A stretch of DNA of 62,820 nucleotides, filler included, from Nemertoderma westbladi (taxonomy: Eukaryota > Animalia > Xenacoelomorpha): NCBI GenBank assembly GCA_032718475.1. It is 2 parts of 2 records of this genome, joined end to end, with 100 filler letters (N's around TTAATTAATTAA, not from the genome) between each part and the next. Parts side by side here need not be neighbours in the genome. Positions count along the whole stretch, not along the records: positions 31,828 to 62,820 come from JAUCBJ010006390.1; 1 more part is not named here. One strand, given 5' to 3'. Under the pieces are notes generated by a model, which saw nothing but the letters and a program-made list of their open reading frames with translations, made no database searches and was not told the DNA's origin. The stretch's first letter is position 1, and every line of letters begins with the position of its first letter. Position numbers and translations under genes: made by a program. Positions 49,378-62,714 of the stretch are shown piece after piece.

Positions 49378-52300
49378 AGTAGGGACCACAGAATTGTGAC
49401 TGCAGATATCAGACTCAGTTTGAGAGCCAGCAAACCCAGGACCAGCAAGCAAATCAAATATGACTGGGAAAAACTCAGAACTGACAATGCTGAAGAAACA
49501 ACTCAGAACTGACAATGCTGAATGCTATAGAAACAGGGGACTTCACACCTGCCGAACTCCAAAGAAGCATTAAAAGCATGTCCAATAATAAACCGAGTGG
49601 ATTAGATGAAATCCCAGCGGAGGTATGGAAAACCGGAGTGCTAAACAGACCATTATTGAATGTTTGCAACCGGATGTTAAAAGGGGAAAAGCCACCACCA
49701 ATTTGGACTAAAGGTCAACTAAAGCCTCTCCCCAAGAAAGGAGACCTCGGCATACCAACAAACTATCGTGGGATCTGTCTGCTTGTGGTAGCTGCCAAAA
49801 TATACAATAAAATGATTCTATATAGGATTAGGCCTCACATAGAGAAACTACTGCGTAAGAGCCAAAACGGATTTCGACCAAGTAGATCAACAATAGCTCA
49901 GATACTTGCACTACGGAGACTGATTGAAGGAATTAAGTCAAAGAATCTCCCCGCTGTCATGACTTTTGTGGACTTCAAGAAGGCATTCGACTCCATCCAT
50001 AGAGGTAAAATGCTTGAAATCCTAAGAGCTTATGGAATACCAGAAGTAATTGTTGCTGGCATTGGATTGTTATATTGTGACACAGATGCGCAGGTACTCT
50101 CACCAGATGGTGAAACTGAGTTTTTCTCAATCCTGGCTGGCGTACTGCAAGGTGACACATTAGCACCATTGCTATTTGTAATTGTGCTGGATTACGCAAT
50201 GAGGACGGCCACAAAGGGTGAAGACCTGGGATTCACACTTCAAGAACGCAGAAGTAGTAGATATCCGGCAACTACAGTCACAGACACCGACTTTGCGGAT
50301 GACATCGCCCTGCTCTCTAATACCCTAACAGATGCACAGCTTCTACTAAATAAAGAGGATAGGGCTGCTAAGGTGGTTGGATTGCATATAAATGCTACAA
50401 AGACCGAATTCATGACCTTTAATGTTGATGGAAACTTGACAACCATTGATAATAATCAACTAAGGAAGGTCGATGACTTCCAGTACCTTGGATCATGGAT
50501 AGAGAGTAGCAAGCATTGCAGCTGCATTTTTAAGAATGCTGTGCCGGCTTAGCGACAAAATTGCACCGCCACAACTCCCTATCACCCATGACATTTGCTA
50601 GATCATCCGCATCTTCAAGGCCAGTGTCCTTTAAGATGCGTCTCAAGAAAGTCATGGGCTGTCCACCATGCTTATTCACTCCATGAGGCTGCCAAGGTAC
50701 AAGATTATGCACTGGCTGGTCCTCACGGCGAAAGCAATGTCCTGCAAAGCGGAGGCGATTTTGTTCTAGTGTCAAGCTTGGGGGAACCAATGAGACACCT
50801 CCAATGTTATATAGTGTCTGGTTGGAGATGTGTGCATTGTACTTGACACAATGAACCCGGCGTAGCATTCTTGTGAATGTGCCATCCAGAGATTTGGTGT
50901 CCTCAGCAGTTAGAGCCCAGCATGGACTCCCATAGAGGAGTACTGGAACTACTGCTGCTCTAAATAACCGGACCTTAAGTTTCCGATTAATTCTCGGTGA
51001 CTTCCAAATCCTGGAAAGCCTATTCAAGGCTGCCCATGCCTTTCCCTTACGTATTCGAAGGTCCTCACCTGACTTCCGGATCCATGATCCCAGGTAACAG
51101 AAGTCATCCACATGCTCAAGCATACCATCTTTTGATCTTATGCTCATCCGATCAGAGACTTGCTGAGGACTTTCAAAGTTAACTGTCAAAATTTTGGTCT
51201 TTCTGGAGTTAATAAAAAGACCAACACTAGAAGCAGCATGTTCTAATGAGCTGAGGAGCCGTTGGGCTCTCTCTAGTGATTCTGAGAGTACTCCTAAGTC
51301 ATCAGCAAAGTTTAGATCAGTTAGGTACTTGGCAGGATCTCCTCGACTTCTGGAGCCAGTAGGTGGAGTTATCATCACCCCATCATCATTGTGACGATCT
51401 AAGGACATGCGTAGAACATAGTCAACAACAATTATGAACAAGAATGGTGCAAGTGTGTCTCCCTGGAGGACGCCCCATAACACTTCAAATGGTTCTGTGT
51501 CACCGTCAACAGTAGACACAAATGTTGTCGAACCATCGTATACTGATCTGATTGCTGCAATAATTTCATCAGGAATCCCATATAATGAAAGTATGCTGAA
51601 CATACGTGAGCGAGAGACTGAATCAAAGGCCTTGAAGAAGTCAACAAAGATGACAGCCAGATGCCTGTCTTTCTTTTTTGATAACTCATCAATTATCCTT
51701 CTAAGTGCCAAAATGGGCTCCATGGTCCCACGACCTTTACGGAACCCATTCTGATTTCCACGGAGCAGTCTCTCAATGGGATCCCTGATGCGATTTAATA
51801 GAATTCTATTGTATAGCTTTGCAGCAATCGAGATCAATGAAATTCCCCGAAAAGAACCATAGTGTGTCAGGTTGCCCTTCTTGGGAACTGGTACCAACTT
51901 ATTTGTTTTCATTTTTTGTGGGACTCTTGTTGTACGGTACATGTCTACTATGATGGGATAGATGAGCTTTAAACACTCAGGTATTTTAAAGACCTCAGGG
52001 GGAACACCATCTACTCCACTGGCACGATTGGTCTTAATGCTCTTTGCAGCAGCCTTCACTTCTGCAAAGGAGATATCACCAATGAGAATATCTGGGAGTA
52101 CAGACTCAGACACTTTTACTTCTATAAAGTTATCAGGCAATACCCTGTCATTATTGAGGAGCTTTTCAAAGTGGGCCTTCCAACCATTGAGGCGATCGGC
52201 TGGTGATTCAGCCTTAACCTTGGTGGTTGGTTGGCTTTTTCGACCAGCAAGCAAGTTGATCGATCTCCATGCCTGGGATGATTGCCTGCTGTCGTCAGCA

Positions 52301-53546
52301 TCATTGATGGCATCAACCTGTTGGTTTATTAGCTCCTGTAAATTAACAGAGTACTGCCTGTTCAGGGACCTAGATGCAGCCTTAACTGCATTCTTGGCCG
52401 CTGTAGTCTGTTTGAGTCGGGACTCTTTCTGCGCCTTGTAGAGGTCATTTCGGCACTTCTGAATTTTGTTGTCAGTCCAGGGTGCCCGTTTCCTGTTTCG
52501 AGGGTATACAGGAACTGTTTCTGCAGCTGCTAACTTAACTGCCTCTGTGAAGGCAGTATAGCCCTCACAGTGATCTGCCGCCTCAGAGGCAAGAGCCTCA
52601 TACCTGTTGCTCAGCTGTAATGTGAAGCTGAATCTCACACTTGGCTGTTGCAACAGAGAGGACCAGTCATGCCGCGGCAAGGCAGATTTCGTTGTTCTGC
52701 TAGCACGCAGACTAAGTCTTACCTTGGCCACAATAAGGCGGTGATCACTGGAGAAGGGTCGTAGTGTAAATGCATTATACTGGGTCCACTGAGTCCATAG
52801 CTTTCCAGTTCGCTTCTTGAACTGGGTTCCAACCGAAAACAATCCATTTCCAGAGATAAAATCCTGAAGATGGACGGAATTTCGGTTAACACTATTGCTA
52901 TAGACCCAGGGCGATGTAGGTGATTGATGCAGACTTGCATTAAAGTCACCCAAGAATGTTAAGAAGGTCGATGACTTCCAGTACCTTGGATCATGGATAG
53001 AGAGTAGCAAAAAGGACATAGAAGTTAGGAAAGCAAAGGCTTGGGTAGCTCTATCAAAAATGGATACCATCTGGAAATCAGATCTCTCCAGGCACCTGAA
53101 GACTAAGTTCTTTCGAGCCACAGTGGAAAGTGTATTTTTATATGGGGGTGAGACCTGTACACTGACTAAATCGCTTGAACAACGAATTGATGGTTGCTAC
53201 ACAAGAATACTAAGGGCAGCTCTAAACATCAGCTGGAGACAACACATGACAAACGCCGAGCTTTGTGGTACAATACCACCTGTATCAACCACCCTCCGTG
53301 AACGCAGATTAAGATTCAGTGGGCACTGCTGGCGAAGTAAAGAGGAGGTCATATCAGATCTACTTTTCTGGCAACCAACTCATGGAAAGCGTAGTCGTGG
53401 ACGACCGGCCATAACATATATAGATCAACTTGAAAGGGATACTGAACTTAGGAGAAACGAAATTGCGACAACTATGGAGAATCGGTAAGCCTGGAAGGAT
53501 CTCATTTCCACTGTCCGAGTTCGCTCGACCTAGTAGTAGTAGTATA
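49378..53546 (+). mobile_element. RTE-clade LINE A (5'-truncated, internally deleted), split by an inverted RTE insertion; (TAG)n tail
   Basis: DHRIV; NYRGI.L, QNGFR, FVDFKKAFDS, GVLQGDTLAP, FADD, FQYLGS; resumes at 52963 with RRLRFSGHCWR, RGRP..TY; ends TAGTAGTAGTAG. Confidence 0.9.
50513..52962 (-). mobile_element. RTE-clade LINE B, 5'-truncated within the endonuclease, RT frame open; 48-bp TSD
   Basis: GDFNA, SDHRL, FRGISL, QNGFRKGR, VDFFKAFDSV, GVLQGDTLAP, FADD, FCYLGS, RLRFAGHC; identical 48-mers at 50465-50512 and 52963-53010. Confidence 0.92.
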
Positions 53547-54469
53547 GTAGGTTCCGTAGTAGGTACAGTACAGTAGCCCCGTTATCACTTCCTAACCATA
53601 CATCCACACGCCATTACCCCCCCCCCCCCCCCCCCCCCATACACCCCCACCCTTCTCACACCATAATCAGTATTCATTAATATAATATTTTTCTTTACGG
53701 GGGGTGGCAGCGACCACTAGCTTAGCTATTAGCTGCGACCCTTCGTCAATATAATTGATTAATTTATATCTAGGATAATTATAATCTGTTTGTATAAGCA
53801 ATTGAATTAATTATGGTCGGAAATTAAAATTTAATTGAAATTGATATCGAGCGAGCTCATCCAATTATATGGCTTTATTTGGCACTCAACAGCATTGAGT
53901 AGAACATTGTTCCCCGATTTTCATGGAGTGTGGGACTTTCTTTACCCCTTATGGGATCCCCTTATGTGAACCGATTGAACGAGAATCCCGCAGAGTCGCG
54001 AGACGAACTCGGAATAATGTCCCTCAGATGAGAGACGCCACATTGGGAAACCTTTCGCGACTCTGTTGGCCTCTGTGGTAGGGCGCTGGGGTAATGGTCG
54101 GTAGCGTTCGAGCTGACATGCAGTTCAACGAGTGTAGGTCTCACAAAGGGTGGCGTCGTTTGATGTTGTGCAATAAACGCTGACGTCACCTCTTATGCCT
54201 AAATAAATCGAACTACTGAGTTCTTGATGAGACTAGCGCGCAGTGTGCGAGGACCGTATGTTGTCCATCACCTCCCTGGTTATGGAACTACAACTGACGG
54301 TATCCGTTGCCGTGAGACTCAAATCCTTATTAAACCCCTTGTAAGGCTACTAGGCCTAAATTCGGCCTTCTGTATTGCCGCTGCACATTGAGATGCTATG
54401 CTGGCTTAACTAACATTTTATCACCACCATGCAATCCACAATTGGCATGCCCCAATGTTGCGTGCATAA

Positions 54470-55125
54470 AGAATGCTATGCAGGCTTATTGACAAAATTG
54501 CGCTGCCAAAACTCCCTATCTCCCATGACTTTCGCGAGATTATCCACATCTTCAAGGCCAGTGGCCTTTAAAAGAGGCGTCTCACGAAAATCATGGGCTG
54601 TTCAGTCCACCATACTTATTTTCTCCAAAGGGCTGCCAAAGCACAAGATTGTGCACAGGCTGGTCCTCACAGCGAAAGCAATGTCCTGCAAAGCGGAGGT
54701 GGATTTGTTCGATTGTCAAGATTGGGATAACCAATCGATTCACCTCCAATGTTATATAGTGTCTGGTTGGAGATGTGTTCATCATTGTACTTCAGGGATA
54801 ATGACTGGAGAAAGGGTTTAATGCCATGATTAACAAAAACAGTTGCTATTTATATGGCCATTCTTCAGTTTCAGCATTTCTCCAGTTATTATAACTATGG
54901 ATACGCCATGAACGGCATCAATTCGATATCTTTCCCATTCATTGTACTTGACACAGTGAACCCGGCGCAGAATTCTTGTAAATGTGCCATCTAGAGATTT
55001 GGTGTCCTCGGCAGTAAGAGCCGAGCGTGGACTCCCGTAGAGGAGTTCTGGAACTATTGCTGCTCTGAATAATCGGACCTTAAGTTTCAGACATATATGA
55101 CTTTTAAATCCCGGACAGCCCATTC
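54470..55125 (-). mobile_element. Diverged 3' fragment of RTE LINE B family with small insertion
   Basis: LKVRLFRAAIVP.LLYGSP..ALTAEDTKSLDGTFTR; LRFAGHCFR.EDQPVHNLV.WQP. Confidence 0.85.
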
Positions 55126-55514
55126 AATGCCCTGGTGGCTAAACATCACAGAATGAGAGAGCGGGTCATCCTTGCTGTGCTGGGAGTGTAAGGACATCTG
55201 TAAGCATCCATTCATTTGTAAATTATTTGGTAATCGTCTATCAATTAGGATACAACAACTTCGTGGTATATTACAAGGGGGCTACTACAAGGGGATTCTT
55301 ATTTTTGCGGACGACCTTCCTTTTTATTCCCATCCCAAAGTGACAAAGGAGCTCTCCAAAGCGATCTAGACATTCTAAGGTATATAAATGGTGTCCCTCC
55401 AATGGTGTTATGATAGTTAACTTTGTAAAAACCAAAATTGTTAATATATACGAATATATTCGTGTAATACTTCAACCATCATTACTAAACATATTAAAAG
55501 CAAAAAGAACAAGA

Positions 55515-55800
55515 AAAATAAGTTGGTCTAGTGGTGACATTACTGTGCTTCCGATTAGGGAGCCCGGGTTCGATCCCTAGATGGGGCAGCACTGTTTGGG
55601 CACAGTGCTTTAAATGCTGCAGCCTAGCCCAACCCCGGCTTTCATCCTTCAGTGGTCGATAAATGGGAACCAAGGCAACTTGGGAAACAGAGTGGAAGGG
55701 TTTACTGTGGAAGATCACCCATGGTGGTGATGGTGAACAGGCATTCCTTGGCTTAACGAGCCTAAAAGATTCTCCCATTCAAAGAATGTACATTTATTAT
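55515..55800 (+). mobile_element. tRNA-derived SINE with conserved central domain (MetaSINE-like)
   Basis: A box TGGTCTAGTGG, B box GGTTCGATCC, core CAACCCCGGCTTTCATCCTTCAGTGGTCGATAAATGGGAACCA, tail CATTTATTAT. The domain name is from memory. Confidence 0.75.
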
Positions 55801-56770
55801 CCGTAGCCACAGGTTTACAATGAAAATTTATCCCATGGCTCTTTGTGCATCACTTGCAATACCTGATTTCTAACTCTAACAAACCTTAAAGATCTGGGTA
55901 AAATTATATCGACTTATATCAAATGAATACTAGGTTTGCACATCTCGGCTTCCTACATACAATGGCACTTCATCTTGTCAAAGAGACTCTCTGTGTCAAA
56001 GAAAACTAACAGTTTATTTTATTCTTCGAAAAAGCCAAATTCTAGTTATATTGTCCTTCAATTCAACAATTTCTTTATAACAATATTGCAACGCCAAACT
56101 GAATATAACAAAAACAAGAATGTTAGCTACCCATTATTGTAATCAAACAAATAAATTGATAAACACAAATAACAAAATATTTATCAGTAGCTTTACTAAC
56201 GGCGTGTTACACTGTTCGAATAACGAATCGATATTATTAATTGATGACAAAGTTCTTACAAAATGTAGCACTTTAGGTTATTGAGATGATATTATTTCCT
56301 TATCAATAATTCGTAAACGATGTCAATAACGCGCTAAACATCTACGGTGTTTAATTTTTTATTTATGTTGAATTAGGAATAGACGACGATAAGTAGTTAG
56401 CAGTAAGTATTTTATAAAGTTTCATAAAAGAAACTAGCTTTTAAGATTGGTTACAGTTTATTTCGCTTTGCAATACATAATTCTAGAACAATAAAGACTT
56501 TATATTCATTTATATAATCAAAGATGACGAAAATCGACTAATGAGTTGGGGTTGGCCTAGTTCTTGCCATGTGAATGAAAATAAGCTGTAAGATAACAAC
56601 CATGTTTAACAGTAATAATGATCGAATAACAAACAATTCTAAATATACTGCTGTCAGTTAATATCGGGCAATTCGTACAGTTAAATCGAGTTTAAACGGC
56701 TCGTATCTTTACCAGTGACGTCAATTCCAACAATTAACGAAGTTCTAGACGAGTGTGACAACATCGTTAT

Positions 56771-58458
56771 CTAATCGCGATTATCTGAAGACGTCTCTCG
56801 TCGGATAGAAGAATCCTTACTGAAGCAGAGCTTAAACACATAGGGATACTTCCCTTTAGGGTTAGCTAACTCGGCGTTGTTGCTGAGTAAGACGGCTCGA
56901 ACGGAATCTTCTACGGATTCGAACTGGATGAGGCCGGTTCGACTCCGAGAATTCGGGTTCTTCGACTCGAACACTAGGATATCAGCAGGGCCGGGGGATC
57001 CCGTCTTCGCGAGCGCGTCTCGCAGGTCCTCCTCGCTGTACTGCGGCGGCACGTTGAAGAAATGGACGACGCGGGACGGATTGATGGGGCGGTTCTTCTG
57101 GGCGGTTTCCGCCGTCATATAGCGGTTGTTTCGGGAGTTGGTGTAATCCTTGAAGGCGGGGGTCCCGTCCTGGAGTTCCTGGGTCCGAGCCTTGGGTTGG
57201 ACGGTTGTCTGCCTGCTGTAGCCGAGCTCCAGCGCCCGCCCGTTAACCACGACTCGGTTTAGATGCGTCAAGGCCCGCTGCACGGATGCTGGGTCCCCCA
57301 TCTCCACCATCGCGTTACCCGGCTTACTTTTCATAAAGGAAATCTTCAGGACATTCCCGTAGAGACAAAGTAAGTTAAATAGTTTGTCGCAGTTGATTTG
57401 CTCCGGATCCATCGAGTAGGCCATTAGTACGCGGCCCTCCTGGTCTATAAGCGAGGGGTTTATCGCACCGACGCCCCTGGGCACGCCCTCTCCGCCTCTG
57501 GGCGCTCCCATTAGCTCGCCGCCACGAGGGACGCCGCCTGCCTGCGGCAGCGGCGGCATCCCCCGCTCGCCGACCATCCCGCTACGGAACCTAGCCACAT
57601 CGTCGTAAACCGATCCGCCGTTATTAAAGTTGGATCTGCCGCCTCCGTAGAAATCGCCGCCCCCACCTGATGGCGGCATCATATCCTTCATGGCCCCTCT
57701 GCCGCCACCAGGAGGGAAACGGCCCTCAGCCATCATATAGGGGTCCTCGCGACCCACCAGGGAAGGGGGACCGCCCATCGGGTCCATACCGGGACGCGGG
57801 GGGAACATAGAGTGCGGCATCCCCCCCTGGGGGGGACCCCCCCTCCGGGGATCCTCAGGGATTCCTGTAGGCGTCGAGAGCAGCGCGGTCCGCTCCAACC
57901 GCGGCCCTTGGCCTAAATCCTGAGTGTAATCGAACGTCTCGGAGTCGTTCTTGCGGACATTCAACGTAGCCGTCTTAGAATACTCTATCTTAAGTGTGCA
58001 ACACCCTGCGTAAACATCGGCGCCATTGAGTTGAGATTTAACTAATCGCGCCGCTGCTACTGTTTCGAATTCGACAAGAGCTTGAATTCCGTTCTTACGG
58101 AATATAACGATTCGTAAAACATTAGCGTGTTGGTTGGTTATCTTGTGTATAATATCCGTGGATATTGGGTAGACAGCGTTGGTTACGGTTACCAATAACA
58201 CGTGGTTGGGTTTCTCCCCGCTGGGTTTCATATGGGTGAGGGTCGCTTGAACCTCAGAGCCTCCGATTCTAAGCATTCCCGTGTTGGACGCATTCACGCA
58301 ACTCTTAGCCGCGTGTGGACCCTCGAACTGGACGATGGACTGCCCGGTTGATAATTGGAGTTGCGTGTTTATAGGGAGTCCGAAGGTATCAACCGCTTCA
58401 TTAACGTCGGCCTCCACGAGATTAGGCGGTATGCCGTTAATAAGAACGCAAGTTCCGT
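56771..58458 (-). CDS. HNRNPL: hnRNP L (smooth-like), terminal exon carrying all four RRMs; upstream exon not located
   Basis: VEADVNEA..FG; NHVLLVTV.NAVYPI, RIVIFRKNGIQALVEF, LNGADVYAGCCTLKIEYSK; NCDKLFNLLCLYGNV.KI.FMKSKPG.AMVEMGD; SRNNRY..A.KNR..PS.V.HFFN.P; PYVFKLCFS; acceptor TTATTCCACAG at 58460-58459. Confidence 0.93.
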
Positions 58459-59624
58459 CTGTGGAATAAATAATTTGGTACACACCACTTGTGATTTTTT
58501 TTCAAAACTGCCCATTTATAGGGTCCCGTGGGAAAACACATCAACTTTAAATGCGTTTTCTTAATAATACGAATTTTAAATTTCAAAATGCAAAGGCTTT
58601 TCTAAAAATGAACGAATTTGTGTGAAATTTGGCACGAATGATGACTGAGTGATGCTTAACACCTCCTATTACCACTTTTTTAATTTTTATTGTTATAGCA
58701 TAGCTGAAATATTTAACAAATTGTTGTCAATTTTGGTCAAAAATTGCAAAATCTGACAAAATTTGGCAAAAAAATCAGTATCTTCATAAATAATTTTTTG
58801 AACATAAGCATTTATCAAAACTCTGGTACCGGCAGACCAGTAATAGGATCTATTCACAATGTAATTGTGCACAAATGATTAAATTTTGGACTGGACGGAC
58901 GCAATAAAAGTTCATCCCTTTCCAGGGGAAATTCGACGAAAAAATAACAGCTGATTACTCTCAAAAATAAACTGTATCCTGTTTTATTGTGTTTAGTTTA
59001 TTGTTTTGTTTAAAATAACGTACCACTGTAGACTGTAACCAGCTCCCCCCCCCCCCCCCCCCCCCCCCTCCTGTCTACCGATATGTGCAAAAGAATATCT
59101 AGAAGTTTTGTTGCATAATCCGACAAGTTGAAGGGTGAGTGTTCAAGTGGGAATTATAATTCAGTTCATCTGAATTGAATAGGCCTATATGTCAGTATAT
59201 TATCTGAGCAGCTGAGTGGCACGTGTAATTGCAAAAGTATAGGCTATTACAGTATTATGCTGCTATGTTTTATATCGTAATAAATTAAAAATTAAACAGT
59301 TGCCGCACGCATAGTTTAAAATTTATAACTGTATAAAAAAATAAAATTTTTGATTTAATGAAATAAAGTACCCGGTTGCTGGTAGCTTAATTAAACAATC
59401 AAAACTAATTTATTACTCGTCGCTATAGTCTGATGATAGTGCGGATGGGTGCATTCTTAATACAATGTCACCCATCATAACAACCAGTTGCTATGGCTGT
59501 ATGCAGGTATGCGTGTATGGTAAGGTAACACGACTAACACGATTCATAACATTGACCATTCGAAAGTACATACTCAATATAGGCAGATGCAGGAAGACAG
59601 AGAGACATACATTAACTTTATTAC

Positions 59625-62340
59625 ATAATAATAATTATTATTAAAATATTTATATAGCGCCTTTCCTAAATTAAGAGCAAGGCGCATGGCACTGTTAAAA
59701 TGTAGGATTGCTAAAAAATTAGATAAAAACAGTTTAATTAAAAACGGACATTGATAACATCGTGTGAATATGATTATGCAGATTTACTCATACTCCAGGT
59801 GGAAGTAGTGTGTTTTTAGCCTCGACTTAAAAACCGCGATGGTTGGTGATTGTCGAACGTTGATTGGCAGTTTGTTCCAAATAGTCGGGGCAGCAACTGA
59901 GAAAGCGCGCTTGCCGTAGTGCACCATGTTGAATCTAGGGATCACCAGCAGTTCGTAGTGGGATGACCTCAGTGACCGGGAGGGCGTGTAGGGTGACAGT
60001 AGATCTCGCAGATATACTGGTGCTGTTCCATTCAGACACTTGTAGGTAATCATCGCAATTTTATAGTCTATCCGACGTTGCACTGGAAGCCAATGTAGTC
60101 GCATTAGTACAGGGGTCATTCGTTGCCTGTCACTTTTCTTGAGACCAACTAAAAGACGCGCCGCACAGTTCTGCACATATTGTAGCTTTTTAATGGAATC
60201 AGTCGGAAGACCGTAATAAAAGGAGTTGCAGTTGTCCAATTTACTTGTGATAACCGCATGAATCAAAATCTCAAGATTGTCTTTGGATAAATAGCGCTTA
60301 ATTTTTCCAAGATTCCTGAGGTGATAGAATGCTTCTCTGACAGTAATTCCAATGTGCTTGCGGAGTGTCAGATGAGAATCGATTTCAACACCGATATTAC
60401 GCGCAGTTGCGCTACAACCAATAGTCTCGGAACCGATTATCACGTGCGGGGATTCAACTTGTTTACCGAATTGCGACTGCAGCATGACCACTTTAGTCTT
60501 ATCTGAGTTCATCTTTAAAAGATGTGAGTCCATCCATGCTCGAACTTCGGAAAGGCACTTTTCAGTGATATCCACTGCATCATTCAGGTTTGATTTCTTA
60601 AATGTTATGTATATTTGAGTATCATCTGCGTAGAGATGTAGGGACAGTCCGTATTTCCTTATCACATTTGCGAGTGAACGTGTATAAATAGTAAATAGTA
60701 TTGGGCGAAGTACTGATCCTTGTGGGAGGCTGTATCCCAGGTTGGAATTCATGCATGAGCGCGCAGGTACGCTTTGTTGTTTTGAAATCACCGCGCACCT
60801 GAAATTGGCTCGTCGCGCACCTCATCATCATCCAAACAAAATCGCGCAACTCATATCATGCATATCTCAAAAAATCGCACAGTTCATAAGAACAATCTTA
60901 CATTGCTATTTTACAAGTTTGAGCGTTTTAAGCTTATCTTTACGTCTGTCTGTTGGCTGTACGTTGAATCTAGGCTTACATAATAAATGTAATTTTTGCA
61001 ACATCAAAATTGTTAATATTAAAATATATTTTTTTAATCCACTACTATGGTGGCCCATCGCGCTCACTGCTTTTATAACAGAAAATATTATTTTAGATTA
61101 CAAACAAAGCATGTAATTTCAAAAAAACGAATATTGAAATAGGTAGGTACCAGTCTGCCAGTAATAATTTGTATAGGCCTACCTAACAATTAGGCTTAAA
61201 CATACAGTTGGCTTATAATTAAGTCATACTTATAATACATTGTTACTTTCTGACTTTACCTGTTTACTAACGTAACATCGGCATAGCATAGACCTAATAA
61301 CAATACAACAATAGAGTATTGTAGTTAAAATAAATAGACAAATTCAGCTCCGGTTGCCGGTATTACAGTATTACTGTATTATGGTGAAGTGATTTGACTG
61401 TTTGAAGAATTGGAAATGAGAAACTAATGCGAGCGAAGCGAGCGAAATTTTTTTGTGTATTTTCGTGATTTCAATTAATTTGTGGTGCGCATCAGAGGCA
61501 GAGCTGCGCGCTGAGGCGCAACGCGCACCTGTCTCACCCGAACGAGCACCTGTCTCACCCAAACGCGCAACGCGCATCTGGTTTGCGGTCATTCGCGCAG
61601 GTACGCGTCCGAGTTTTGCAGCATGAATTCCAACCTGGGCTGTATCTTAATTGCTGAGGTTGAGAATATGAGTTGTTAATGCGTACTTGTTGTGAGCGGC
61701 CCGACAAGTAGGATCGAAAACAATCTAGTGCTGTCCCTGCAATGCCGATCTCATGTTCCAGAGTATTTAATAAGATACTGTGTTCGACAGTATCAAATGC
61801 AGCACTGAGATCGAGCGTTATTAACAGTACTGCACAACCATCATCAATTCCCCTCAGAATCTCATCGTTGACCCTAAGGAGTGCAGTTTCGGTTCCGTGG
61901 AATGGTCTATAGGCACTTTGCATAGGCTCGTGTAGATTATGTAAGTTCAGATGGAGCATCAGTTGGTTTGCAACAGCTTTTTCAACTAACTTCGAAATGA
62001 ACAAGAGGTTTGAAACAGGTCTAAAATTTTTCAGTATCTCGGGGTCAAGGTGTAGGTAGCTTCTTGATAATGGGATTGAGCACAGCTTCTTTAAATAATG
62101 ATGGAAATGTTGCAGTTGTGAGTGATAATTAATTATCATTGTAATGACACTTAAGAGAGTTGTAAGGTATTGCTTCACAATGTGTAGGGAGTGGATCACG
62201 GGGACTGGATTTGGGTTTTGAATCTTTGATAAGCTTGGCAACATCATCAGTTGATATTTCCTCGAAGTGATCAAGTTTTGGTACTGAAAAAGAGAATCAT
62301 CAAGCATTTAGCATCAAGCATTTAGAGTTAGACTGATAGA
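59625..62340 (-). mobile_element. 5'-truncated L2-type LINE (RT region) interrupted by a MITE
   Basis: [43 protein letters not shown]; 3' stem GCGCC...GGCGCTATATAAAT like the left-hand L2. Confidence 0.92.
60736..61639. mobile_element. MITE with 19-bp perfect TIRs and 6-bp TSD
   Basis: CTGTAT|CCCAGGTTGGAATTCATGC ... GCATGAATTCCAACCTGGG|CTGTAT; removal restores [12 protein letters not shown]. Confidence 0.92.
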
Positions 62341-62529
62341 CAAGAAATTGAGGGAGTGCAAGAATGCAGGATAGTTTATTGAGGTGAAGCAAATAAGATA
62401 AATCGCATTCTGCTCTACCTCAATATCTAATGGCTAATGTTATGTTATGTTATTTATATTAATGTAATTAAAATTGTTATTTTAAACTCGTCTACATTTA
62501 ATTGACTTAAATCTGTAGCCTATTAATTT

Positions 62530-62714
62530 AATTTATAGCACTACGTTCGTATTTTTTATGTATATAACAATTACTTACCGGTAATTTTAATTTTATGGAA
62601 ACATTTTTTAAACTCGTTTACATTTGATTTTACTTAGTTGACTTATTCTGTATTAATTTTAATTCAGTAATTTATAGCGCCACGTTCGTATTTTTTATGT
62701 ATATAACAATTACC
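62530..62714 (+). repeat. ~45-bp direct repeat x2
   Basis: AATTTATAGC.C.ACGTTCGTATTTTTTATGTATATAACAATTAC at ~62530 and ~62669. Confidence 0.7.

Noticed and set aside
52963-53121. N-terminus of the 863-aa minus-strand ORF
   Set aside because: It is the antisense of RTE A plus the TSD; the ORF is a chimera and not a real start.
54020-54055. Hammerhead ribozyme (CAGATGAG...GAAAC)
   Set aside because: The core is CAGAUGA rather than CUGAUGA and stems I-III do not form.
58459-58483. GTG start for hnRNP L given by the ORF track
   Set aside because: It lies in intron sequence upstream of a good acceptor; the true start is in an unlocated exon.
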